Source: Elusimicrobiota bacterium
Lineage (GTDB): Bacteria; Elusimicrobiota; Elusimicrobia; F11
Assembly (NCBI GenBank): GCA_044221725.1
Contig: JBGAON010000001.1
Location: forward strand, 480,001 to 544,000
Length of the DNA: 64,000 nt
Reading direction: 5' to 3'
The notes below the pieces were generated by a model. The model was not told where the DNA came from, ran no database searches, and saw nothing but the letters and a program-made list of their open reading frames with translations. Both the position numbers and the translations under genes were made by a program. This document shows, piece after piece, positions 18,940-29,100 of this stretch (positions are counted from its first letter, which is position 1; the number at the start of each line of letters is the position of its first letter).

Positions 18940-21237
18940 ATGACACTGCCCGTTCTCGACACTCTCAACCAACCGCAACGCGAAGCCGCCGAACATATTG
19001 ATGGTCCGCTGTTAATTCTCGCGGGCGCCGGTTCTGGCAAAACGCGCGTGATTGTGTGCCGCGTCGCCAATCTCATTTATCACGGTGTTGCGCCCTGGAA
19101 TATTCTCGCGGTGACGTTCACAAACAAAGCCGCGGCCGAGATGCGCCAACGCGTTAACACAATTGTTCCGGGTCAAGGCGCTGCTGTGTGGGTTTCGACC
19201 TTTCATGCGTTTTGTGCGAAATTTTTGCGCATTGAAGCGAAACATATCGGACTCGACCCGAATTTCGTTATTTACGACGACAACGATCAAATGGCGATCA
19301 TCAAAGAGATTCTTAAAGAGATGATGCTCACCGAAAAAGAATGCGCCCCCCGCCAAGTCTTGTCGGCCATCTCGCGCGCGAAAGACGACATGTTGGATGC
19401 TGGTTCTTACATGATCCACGCGCAAACGCACGGGGATCCGTTCCGCGAACGCGTCGCGCGCATCTATGAGGTTTATTCCCGCAAACTGAAAGAGTCGATG
19501 GCGCTCGACTTCGGTGATCTGGTCATGAAAACCGTCGAAGCGTTTCGCGATGTGGAAGTCATTCGAGCGAAATACCAGACGCGGTTTCGCTACATTATGG
19601 TGGACGAATACCAAGACACAAATCACGCGCAGTACTTGCTCACGAAATATCTGGCCGGGTCCACGAAAAATATTTGCGTCGTGGGCGACGATGATCAATC
19701 CATTTATTCGTGGCGCGGCGCTACGATTCGGAACATTTTGGAGTTTGAACGCGATTATCCCGGAGCGAAAGTCGTCAAGCTTGAGCAGAACTATCGTTCA
19801 TCGTCGAAGATTATCGATGTGGCCACGCGGCTCATTCAGAACAACAAACGCCGGAAATCGAAAACCATGTGGACCGACAACGAGCCCGGCGAGGATGTGA
19901 GCTTTGTTGAAATGGCGAACGAGCAGGAAGAAGCGCGTTACGTGATGGATGAAGTGTCACTGTTGCGCGCGAAAGGGATGGAGCTTAAAGACATGGCTGT
20001 GTTCTATCGCACGAACGCACAGTCGCGTGTGTTTGAAGATGCGTTGCGGCGTCTCGCGGTGCCGTACACGATTGTCGGTGCGCTGCGGTTCTATGAACGC
20101 GCCGAAATCAAAGACGCGCTCGCGTATTTGCGCGTCGTTGTGAATCCGAAAGATTCGTTGAGCGCCAAGCGCGTTGTGAATCTGCCGGCGCGCGGCCTCG
20201 GGAAGAATTCGCTGGGTCTTTTGGAACAATACGCGGCATCGCAAGGAATTTCGCTGTGGGAATCTTTCCAGCGGTCCCACGCGGTGTCTGGTATTTCGCC
20301 GTCGGCGCGCAACGGCGTCAAAAGTTTTGTGGAGCTAATTGAAAAGTTTCAAGCAATGGCCAAGGACGCGTCAGCATCGACGATTGTGCGGCGTATGCTA
20401 GAGGAATCCGGCTATTGGGACAAATGGGCCAGCGAATCGGATGACGACCCCGAAGCCGCCGAGCGCCTCGATAACTTGCAGGAACTCATCAACGCCGCCA
20501 AAGATTTCGAAGAACGCGTGAAGGGCGGAGCGGGGGAGAATGAGTCCGAGTTTGCGAAAGATAACGGTACCTCCCCCAGCGAGGAGGGGAATGTCGCTTT
20601 GGATCTTTCGCTGGCGCGCTTCCTCCAAGAAGTTTCCTTGATGACCGATTTGGACGACTGGCAGCAGCAGGGCGGTTCGCTGACGCTAATGACGGTTCAC
20701 TTGGCAAAAGGTCTCGAATTCCCGGCGGTGTTTGTGACGGGACTCGAAGAAGGTTTGTTTCCCATCGGCGACGCCGCGTTTGACCAAGACGAGCTCGAGG
20801 AAGAGCGGCGGCTCGCTTACGTCGCGATGACACGCGCGCGCAAAAAACTTTTTCTCACATCGGCGGCGAGCCGGAGAATTTTTGGAACACCACGGATGAA
20901 TATTCCTTCACGCTTCATTGAGGAAGCCGGGGTGGCGTCTGTTCGGCCGAAGCGCCAAAGCTTCTCGTTTGAATCGCAAGCGCCGTCGATGAGCGATGAG
21001 GATTACAATCAATCGCATCCGTCGTCGGACGATATGAATCAAGAGGTTCCCGTCACGACGCCACCGACCCCCGTTCGGCGTATGCCAAAGATCGGGCAGC
21101 GCGTCGGGCATCCGGATTTTGGACAAGGGAAAGTTGTGGACGTAGAGGGTTCCGGTGATCATGCGAAAGCCACCATTTTGTTCAACAGCGGGATGAAGAA
21201 AAAACTTTTGTTAAAGTACGCACCGCTCAACTATTGA
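18940..21237 (+). CDS. pcrA: ATP-dependent DNA helicase PcrA/UvrD
   Basis: AGAGSGKT, VDEYQDTN, VGDDDQSIYSWRGA, LEQNYRS, KGLEF, EEERRLAYVAMTRA, C-terminal Tudor-like domain. Confidence 0.95.
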   Translation: MTLPVLDTLNQPQREAAEHIDGPLLILAGAGSGKTRVIVCRVANLIYHGVAPWNILAVTFTNKAAAEMRQRVNTIVPGQGAAVWVSTFHAFCAKFLRIEAKHIGLDPNFVIYDDNDQMAIIKEILKEMMLTEKECAPRQVLSAISRAKDDMLDAGSYMIHAQTHGDPFRERVARIYEVYSRKLKESMALDFGDLVMKTVEAFRDVEVIRAKYQTRFRYIMVDEYQDTNHAQYLLTKYLAGSTKNICVVGDDDQSIYSWRGATIRNILEFERDYPGAKVVKLEQNYRSSSKIIDVATRLIQNNKRRKSKTMWTDNEPGEDVSFVEMANEQEEARYVMDEVSLLRAKGMELKDMAVFYRTNAQSRVFEDALRRLAVPYTIVGALRFYERAEIKDALAYLRVVVNPKDSLSAKRVVNLPARGLGKNSLGLLEQYAASQGISLWESFQRSHAVSGISPSARNGVKSFVELIEKFQAMAKDASASTIVRRMLEESGYWDKWASESDDDPEAAERLDNLQELINAAKDFEERVKGGAGENESEFAKDNGTSPSEEGNVALDLSLARFLQEVSLMTDLDDWQQQGGSLTLMTVHLAKGLEFPAVFVTGLEEGLFPIGDAAFDQDELEEERRLAYVAMTRARKKLFLTSAASRRIFGTPRMNIPSRFIEEAGVASVRPKRQSFSFESQAPSMSDEDYNQSHPSSDDMNQEVPVTTPPTPVRRMPKIGQRVGHPDFGQGKVVDVEGSGDHAKATILFNSGMKKKLLLKYAPLNY

Positions 21238-21310
21238 TATCAAAACATAATGAATCTGGGCGCGCCGCTCGAATTTTAACGTCGCCCTGCCAGGATGACG
21301 ACGAATAACT

Positions 21311-21607
21311 ATGACCGATTCCAACATTACCATCAAAGACGTTCAACACGTGGCCACGCTGGCGCGGCTCGCGATGTCCGAAGAGGAGCTCGCGAAATAT
21401 CAGAGCCAGCTCGAGCGCATTCTTGGGCATATTGCGCAATTGAAAGGTATTAACACCGATGGCGTTCCACCGACCGCGCATCCCTATGAAACCACAACCG
21501 TGTGGCGCGAGGATATCGCGAAACCGTTTGCCGATTTGGAAGCGCTGTTCAAAAACGCGCCCGAGATGGAAGAGACGTTCTACCGAGTGAAGAAGGTCAT
21601 TGAGTAA
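21311..21607 (+). CDS. gatC: Asp/Glu-tRNA amidotransferase subunit C
   Basis: VQHVATLARL, DTxGV-like segment, WRED, NAP; directly upstream of gatA. Confidence 0.93.
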   Translation: MTDSNITIKDVQHVATLARLAMSEEELAKYQSQLERILGHIAQLKGINTDGVPPTAHPYETTTVWREDIAKPFADLEALFKNAPEMEETFYRVKKVIE

Positions 21608-23068
21608 ATGGAACTCCAAGCACTTTCCGCAACAGAAATTTCTGCCGGCGTCTCGTCAAAAAAGTTTTCCGCCACCGATGTGGTTAATGCCTCGTTGGCG
21701 GCTATCAAAAAGTCCAACGGTGAATTGAACGCGTATTTGAGCGTCGCGGAGTCCGCCGCGCTTGAAGCCGCCAACGCCGTCGACGAGAAAGTGAAATCCG
21801 GGAAGCCCGCCGGCCGTTTGGCGGGCGTGCCGATCGCCATCAAAGACAACATGATGGTGAAAGGCCAGCCAGTTACCTGCGCATCAAAAATTCTTGGAAA
21901 TTACGTGGCACCGTACAACGCGCACGTGATCGAGCGTTTGGTTGCCGAAGGCGCGATCATGATTGGCAAAACAAATTTGGACGAGTTCGCGATGGGATCA
22001 TCAACCGAAAACTCGGCGTTTGGTCCATCGCGCAATCCGTGGGACACCTCCCGCATTCCCGGCGGTTCCTCCGGCGGAAGTGCGGTGGCCGTGGCGACGC
22101 GGACCGTGCCGATCGCGCTTGGAAGTGACACCGGAGGATCGATTCGTCAGCCCGCGTCCTTGTGTGGAATTCTTGGAATGAAACCCACGTACGGCCGGGT
22201 GTCGCGTTACGGCGTGGTTGCATTTGCGTCGTCGCTCGATCAGATTGGACCTTTCACGCATACGCCCGACGATATGGCGCTCACGATGTCAATCATCAGC
22301 GGCAAGGACGAGCGAGATTCAACGTCGGTGGACAAAGCCGTGCCCGATTTTTCTGCAGAGATGAAAAAACCGATTCATGGTTTGCGCGTTGGAATCCCAA
22401 GAGAATATTTCGTCGAAGGAATGGACGCCGACGTAAAGAAAGCCGTTCTCGAAGCGGCCCAAGTTTTAAGGAAGCTCGGCGCCGACGTAAAAGATATTTC
22501 GCTGCCAAACTCCGACCACGCGCTCGCGGTCTATTACATTCTTGCGCCGAGCGAAGCGAGCTCGAACCTCGCGCGCTTCGACGGTATGCGTTACGGATTC
22601 CGAAACCCAAACGCGGCGAATCTTATCGAGCAATACGGGCTTAATCGGCACGATGGTTTTGGTGCGGAGGTGAAGCGCCGCATCATGATCGGAACCTACG
22701 CACTCTCCTCTGGATACTACGATGCGTTCTACGCAAAGGCACAAAAAGTGCGCACGCTCATCAAACGCGATTTCGATCAAGCGTTCGCGAACGTCGACGT
22801 GATTCTTACTCCCGTTTCGCCAACCCCGGCCTTTAAGATTGGCGAGAAATCCGACGATCCGCTCACCATGTATTTGTCGGACATTTGCACAATCCCGTGC
22901 AACCTGGCCGGCATTCCCGGTATCTCAGTTCCGTGCGGTTTTACGAGCGGAAATCTACCGATCGGCGTACAGTTCTACGCAAATCTTTTCCAAGACAGTC
23001 TGCTGCTACAAGTTACGAACGCCTACCTCTGCGAAACCCTCTGGCATAAAAAAGCCCCAAAAAATTAA
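21608..23068 (+). CDS. gatA: Asp/Glu-tRNA amidotransferase subunit A
   Basis: GKTNLDEFAMGSS, PGGSSGGS, GSDTGGSIRQPAS, SSNLARFDG, EVKRRIMIGTY. Confidence 0.97.
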   Translation: MELQALSATEISAGVSSKKFSATDVVNASLAAIKKSNGELNAYLSVAESAALEAANAVDEKVKSGKPAGRLAGVPIAIKDNMMVKGQPVTCASKILGNYVAPYNAHVIERLVAEGAIMIGKTNLDEFAMGSSTENSAFGPSRNPWDTSRIPGGSSGGSAVAVATRTVPIALGSDTGGSIRQPASLCGILGMKPTYGRVSRYGVVAFASSLDQIGPFTHTPDDMALTMSIISGKDERDSTSVDKAVPDFSAEMKKPIHGLRVGIPREYFVEGMDADVKKAVLEAAQVLRKLGADVKDISLPNSDHALAVYYILAPSEASSNLARFDGMRYGFRNPNAANLIEQYGLNRHDGFGAEVKRRIMIGTYALSSGYYDAFYAKAQKVRTLIKRDFDQAFANVDVILTPVSPTPAFKIGEKSDDPLTMYLSDICTIPCNLAGIPGISVPCGFTSGNLPIGVQFYANLFQDSLLLQVTNAYLCETLWHKKAPKN

Positions 23069-23156
23069 TCCGTTCACAACTCCGTTACGTAATTTTAACG
23101 GGAGCTTAATGCCGATTTGATTGAATCTTCGACGATAAACGTCGTCAGGAATTCGA

Positions 23157-26100
23157 TTGAAAAACCGGCTAGCCCCTCAGAAAATCATCGCGCTATTTTT
23201 GTGTACCGTGCTGTTTGCGACGCACGTGGCGTTCGCCCACTTGCCCGAGACGTCTTTGTGGTCCGAACGACGCACCGGGTCGTCGCCCTGGAATGCCGCT
23301 ATTGAGGGCCCACGTTCCGTTGGGACCCTATGTCCTGACGTGAGCCGTTCCCGAATGAATGGTTTGTTCGTGGGCGCGATGGATTTATCGTCGCTCAATC
23401 CCTTTGTTACGGTTCGCAAAGTACTCAAACCCGCCGGCCACTCGAAATCGGTTGTGTTGCACATTCAAGATATTCACGGGAACCAAGAAGCCCAACTCAA
23501 TATCAGCAGAGCGCTCCAGAAACTAAACGAACAGAAAAAGATTGATATGGTCGCGCTCGAAGGTGCCTACCGAATATTTGATTTGTCGGTATTCCGTCAG
23601 TTCCCACGTCCGAACACCATTCGGGCGGTGGCAAATTACCTTTTGCGCGAAAAAAGAATATCCGGGCCCATTCACGCGATGATGACGTCTCCGGTCGTCG
23701 GCGTTTCTGTTATTGGCGTCGATGACGCAAACCACTACGCCGCCAATGTTCAAGCCGTGCGCGATGCGAGTTCACAGAAAGACAATGTTCAGCACGTTCA
23801 ATCCGTGCAACGCATCAAACTTGATTCCGAGAAGCGCAAATTGTTCAACGCGGCACTTTTGGATTTCGATCGCGCCGTCGAAGCGTATCGTTCGGAAAAA
23901 CTGCCGTTCGCCTCGTATGTGAAGTTGTTGGCCACGGGCCGATCGGACGTGTCGCCGGCGGTTCGTGATTATCTTGAGGTTCTGCGCATCGAAGCGAATA
24001 TCAATTTTTCACAAGTCGAAATAGAAAGAGATCTTTTGGTTGCGCAGATTGTTTCTCGGAATCGCGTGATCGCGGAACAGCTTCACAAAATGGCGTTCGC
24101 GTTTCGTGCGCAACAGATCGATCACGAGGCTTTTTATCTTTGGTTGAGAGACGCGGCCCGAAAATCCCACGTTCCAATCGAGAACTTTTTGGTCTTTAAA
24201 GAATATCTGCGCTACGTTCTATTGTCCGATCGCATTGACGTGGAAGCGGTTTTAGCGGAGGCGCGTCAACTCGAGCAACAGAGATTCCGCTGGCTCGTAA
24301 AAACAGCGGATGAACGAAGGTTGGTCGACGCGTCGAAAAGATTGTACTTGGAGTCTAAGCTCGTCGATTTTTCTTTAACCAAAAGAGAGTGGGAAGAGTA
24401 CGAGGAATTAATACCCCACCCTGCCCTCCCCACTGATAAGGCGTGGGGAGGAAAACTTTTTTTCACTAACCCTAAAACCTCGGGGGGGGTGCTCCCTCTC
24501 CATGTCTCCTCAATGGGGAGGGTAGGGTGGGGTATAGACGCTGTAAACCTTTCCCCTTTCGAACAGTTTTATCGGCAAGCGGAGCTCCGTGATGGGGCGA
24601 TGGCGAATAATTTTTTGAACGCCCAACGTTCAATAAACAATCTTCCACGAACAACGAGCGTTCTTATCACTGGCGGTTTTCATTCCTCCGGTATCGATGA
24701 CGCGCTTACAAAGGCAGGTTGCACCGTTGTCTCGATCGTTCCTCGCGTCACAAGCGCGGATGCGTCAAAAGCCTCGGCCTACTTAAGCGTTTTTGCTCAA
24801 GAAAAATCTCCGCTTGAAAAACTTTTTGAGGGACAAAAATTATTTCTCGCCAACGATCCGATGGCGCCTCTGATCCAATTTGTAGAAGCGCCGGTCGAGG
24901 TTGCCCTTTTTGAGGCGGCCAATGCGTTGTCAGCCGGGACCGAGACGATGTTGCCTTTGCCCGCTGATGCAACATTGAAAATTGATCGCGCCGGTGTGGG
25001 CTCGGCTCAGGGGGTGCTGACGCGTGGCGTAAGTGTGGTTCCGGTTGAGCTACGCGCCAACCCAAATGAAATTCTCGAAATGACCGACCGGTCCGTTAGC
25101 CCTTCGGTCGCGCGGCGGGCGATTGGTGGCGTGCGACGATTTTTTCACTGGTTGTTACGGAAATGCGGATTCGTTTATGCCGATGAAAACGCCGAGTGGA
25201 CCTCGAATCTCCATCTCTACGAGGCGGGTCAATTGCTGCTTCAAAGGGGTGCCGTCGGCGATGTAAGAGGTTCTTCAAACAATGTCGGTTTTGTTGGAAT
25301 GATGCCATTCAATCCGTTTGCGGTGTGGTACGAGGAGGCCTCGGAGCGTGCGGAGCAGGGCCATAGAGTGTGGCTTCCGTACGTAATCGCCGCGATGGGC
25401 GGCGTGTTCGAAGAATTGGTGATCCGAAATCTTCTTCAATTCGGAATTCTTGAAGCGTGTTTCGGCATGAGTGCGTGGTGGTCTGCGTTCGTTTACGCAT
25501 CGCTCTTTGCGACGGTTCTGCATTCGAAAATATACACAGCGGAAAGCCCCACGGCCGTTGGTGTAAATTATCTTCTCGGGTGGCAGCGTTGGATTTTGTT
25601 CGCGCTCGCGGTCGGATTGGGTTCGACCGGAGACCTTGAGGTCATCACCTTGGGTCACGCATTTTTTAATCCTCTCATGAGGTACATCGGTGGTCCGCTC
25701 GGCATGATGACAGAGCCGAACAATAAGAAAAGAGCAAAACCGTTTGATCCAGATGCATCAATTCTTTACACGATGCATCTGTTCAACCATTTGGACTCCG
25801 AATATCGAAAGCTCTGGAACGCGCCGGAGCCGGAGATGAAAAATCCGATGTACGCCCGTCCGGGCCAAAGACTTTTTGTGAAAGAAAATCTTTCCGTGGC
25901 CGAACGAACACAAATCGACGATCTTGTCGACACGCTAATGAAAGGTCAGCGCGGAGTGCCGGGTGCGAAACCTTTCCGCTACATGACGACGGCCGAGCAC
26001 CTTTTGATTGGCAAAGCTTTGCGCTCGAATTTGCGGGGGGAAGGCGCTGCAAGCAACAACCTCACCGAACCGCAACGGGAATTTTTGAGAAATTTGCTGG

Positions 26101-29100
26101 TGATGTGGAATATGGCGAATTTCTGGACGTTAACCCGGAAAATTCCCGCGAGGTCACGCAACGAAGTATTTCAAAACGTGCTCCTCTATGTGTTGAGACG
26201 CATTATTTACAAATACGACTATCACAAGGGCCTCAATTTCAATACGTTGGCGGGCTGGGCGGCGACGCAAGAAGTGTCGGTCCATTACCGCGAGAAGCAC
26301 AAACTGGCGGTTACAAAGCGTGTCACCGCCAAAGACCCCGACGCATTTTGGGAAATGCAGCCTGAAAGGGAAAAACGCAGCGATGATGGTCTTATCGAAA
26401 AGTTGCTCAAGGTTTTGGGCCGCCTCTCTCCCAAAGAAGAGAAAGCTCTGCGGTTGCGTTACGGGTTGATGAACACCAAGAAGGGTAAAAGTTTCGCTGA
26501 GCTCGCCGCCACGCTGAACATGACCGTGTGGGCCGTTCAAGATTTCGTTGATGTGGCCTACGCGCATTTGGAACGCGAATTTGCGCGTTTGGAAGATTTC
26601 CGTTTTCGACACACGGATGAAAATATTGTGCGCGATTTATCGCCGCTCGAGCACCGTGTGCTGAAATTGGCCTATCAAAGCCATGCTGTCTTTGACGATG
26701 CGGATATCGCCACTCTCCTCAATTCAAAAATCAGATCCAATCGGCCGAAGCTCACGCCCCTGCAAGTCAAAAAAATTCGAAAACGGGTGGAGTATCGTAT
26801 TCTGCACGGAAGGTTTCCTCCAAATCCTTTCGGCCCACCGCATTCGGTGTTTCACAACATGATGATGTTGCTTGGGGTGCCGTCGTCGCATATGTTGAAG
26901 ATTGTTGCGTTGTTTTCAATTCCACTGGAATCCGGGATCATTTTTCTGGGTTTGTTCGCGTTCGAGCATTCCTTTTGGTTGCAGCTGTTGTACATGATCG
27001 GCGCGGGTGTGCTTGATTTTTGCATCGGATATCTTGGATACAAAACCAGTGGTTCTTCTCTGCCAATAACGAGGCTGTTAATTGCGCATCATTTTTTTGT
27101 GATCGCGATGTATCTCTGTGGTTGGCGATTGTTGGCAAGGTCGGAACACGACGTTCTCATTTTTACCGTGATTGCGTCGATTCACATGCTGATTGATGCG
27201 GTAATTCTTTGGTGGCAGAACATCAGAAACTGGTTTTCGAGCGAGCCACGGCTTACGGATGATCCGGGTACCGCTGAGTTTCATATGGACGCGATGCGCG
27301 ACCGGGATCGCGTCGTCATCAATGGTCTGCCCGACAACCATCCGGTTGTAAGGAACCAGAGGAACTACGAAGGCAAGGAATTCATTTCCGAGCATAGAAT
27401 GAATCAGAACGTGGAATCGTTGCCGGAAGGGGACCTGGAGAAGCAAGAATGGTTGACCGCCAAAATTCCGCTGCAGAAACAAGCGGCAGCACAGTTTAAA
27501 AAGGTAGTGGATGCGATTCCCTCGGTTGTACCGATTGTCTATTCCGAATTGGCTCGAAATTTCAGTGAAGCGCGCGCGACGGAAGCGTTTGCCCGGAAGG
27601 CCGCGGAAATCCAAAAGCGGTTGTTGGAAGATGTGGCGGTCGTGGGTGTTTTCACGGAGCGGCGGCTGATGATTCCGCAGCTTTATCCATCGCGCTACCG
27701 GTTTGGGCGGTTGCGCATGAGCCGTGATCAGAGCGTGCTGTATGTTCCCATGCAGCTGTTTGCGGAAATGCGCTCGCCCGTTGAGATCGAACATTTTGCG
27801 TTTAGTTTTATTTTCGGACTCGAATGGCTGGACAAATACAAACGTGTCAAAGCGGAGGGCAAGGACAGTCGGCGGATCCATCTCGCGATGCACAAGCTCG
27901 AGGAAAGATGGAACGCCAAAGAAAAGAATTTCGTGAACATCCGTTTTCGGCTTCGGCATTTCGTGGACTATCTGAATTATCAATTCGATTATGTCCGTTC
28001 CTATTTCAAGATTGGAGCCGAATTCCGGCAACTCGAAGCGAAATACGCCGATATCACAAAAGAGCTCGAACAGGTGGTGTCGAGGAAAAAATTCCGTACG
28101 GTTGCTCATGGGGGAATGGACATCAATCGTGATTTAACAGCGGTTCGATTCTTCGAAAATCGGTCCACGATCTCCCGGGCTCAAAGTGACGTCGAACGGC
28201 TTGTTGATAAAGCCGAGCTGGTGGGCCTATTCGAAATTGCGCGTAAGATGATCTTGTTCGGCAACTATCTGTACATTTGTGAGACCGGAATTAATCCCGC
28301 TTTGCGAACTGTCCCGAACATTCGTTTGCTCGCACGAACACGAGGATACCGGCAGCTTATTCGCCTGCTGCGCGCTCTGAAGGACCGGCATATTCCGTTC
28401 GAATTGGGACATCGCGGTTGGCTTTCTTTTGTTTTGCCGGGCCCTCGTGACATAACGTACGTGCCAATCGGCTGGGGTGAAGTTGAAATGCTTTTGGCAA
28501 GCACCGAGAAACTTTTGAAATCCATTTTCGAACGTCAAATGGAAATTATTCACAAGCGCAGCAACTACGACATTATTGCGGCGAACTGGGAAATTGTTCA
28601 AGCGGCGCTCAAAGAGGTCCGTGAGATGTGCAAACAAGCCATCGAGGCGCACGATGCGCTTGAGGCGAATTTGCACCGCGTTGCGAATGCGCTTCTATGG
28701 ATCGCGGGTCAACTTAAGCCCAACGAGACGCCGCGAATCAGCGATCTGAAACGTCTTCGGCTGAGCGTGGACAACGTTGCGTTGGATATTCCGCTGAAAG
28801 ATTGGTTTCCGTTTCTTACGGAAAAGGAGTTTGTTTCGGTATTAAGGGACGAAAAAGCGCGCACAAATTTTCGGTTGCCTTCCGAAAAACAGGTCAAAGA
28901 ACTGATCCGCCTGTTTCGCTTTCTTGGTACGCCCAATCTCGAGCTTAAGAACCTGATCGGAGACGTGGTGCTGGTGGTGAAAGACGAGCGCGACGTGCAG
29001 ACCGTGATCGACAACTTCGATGATCTGAACAGCGCACAACTGGATTCTCTGACGATCATTGCACGGAACAAGAAAGTTAAAAATTTATTGGAGCGGCGTT

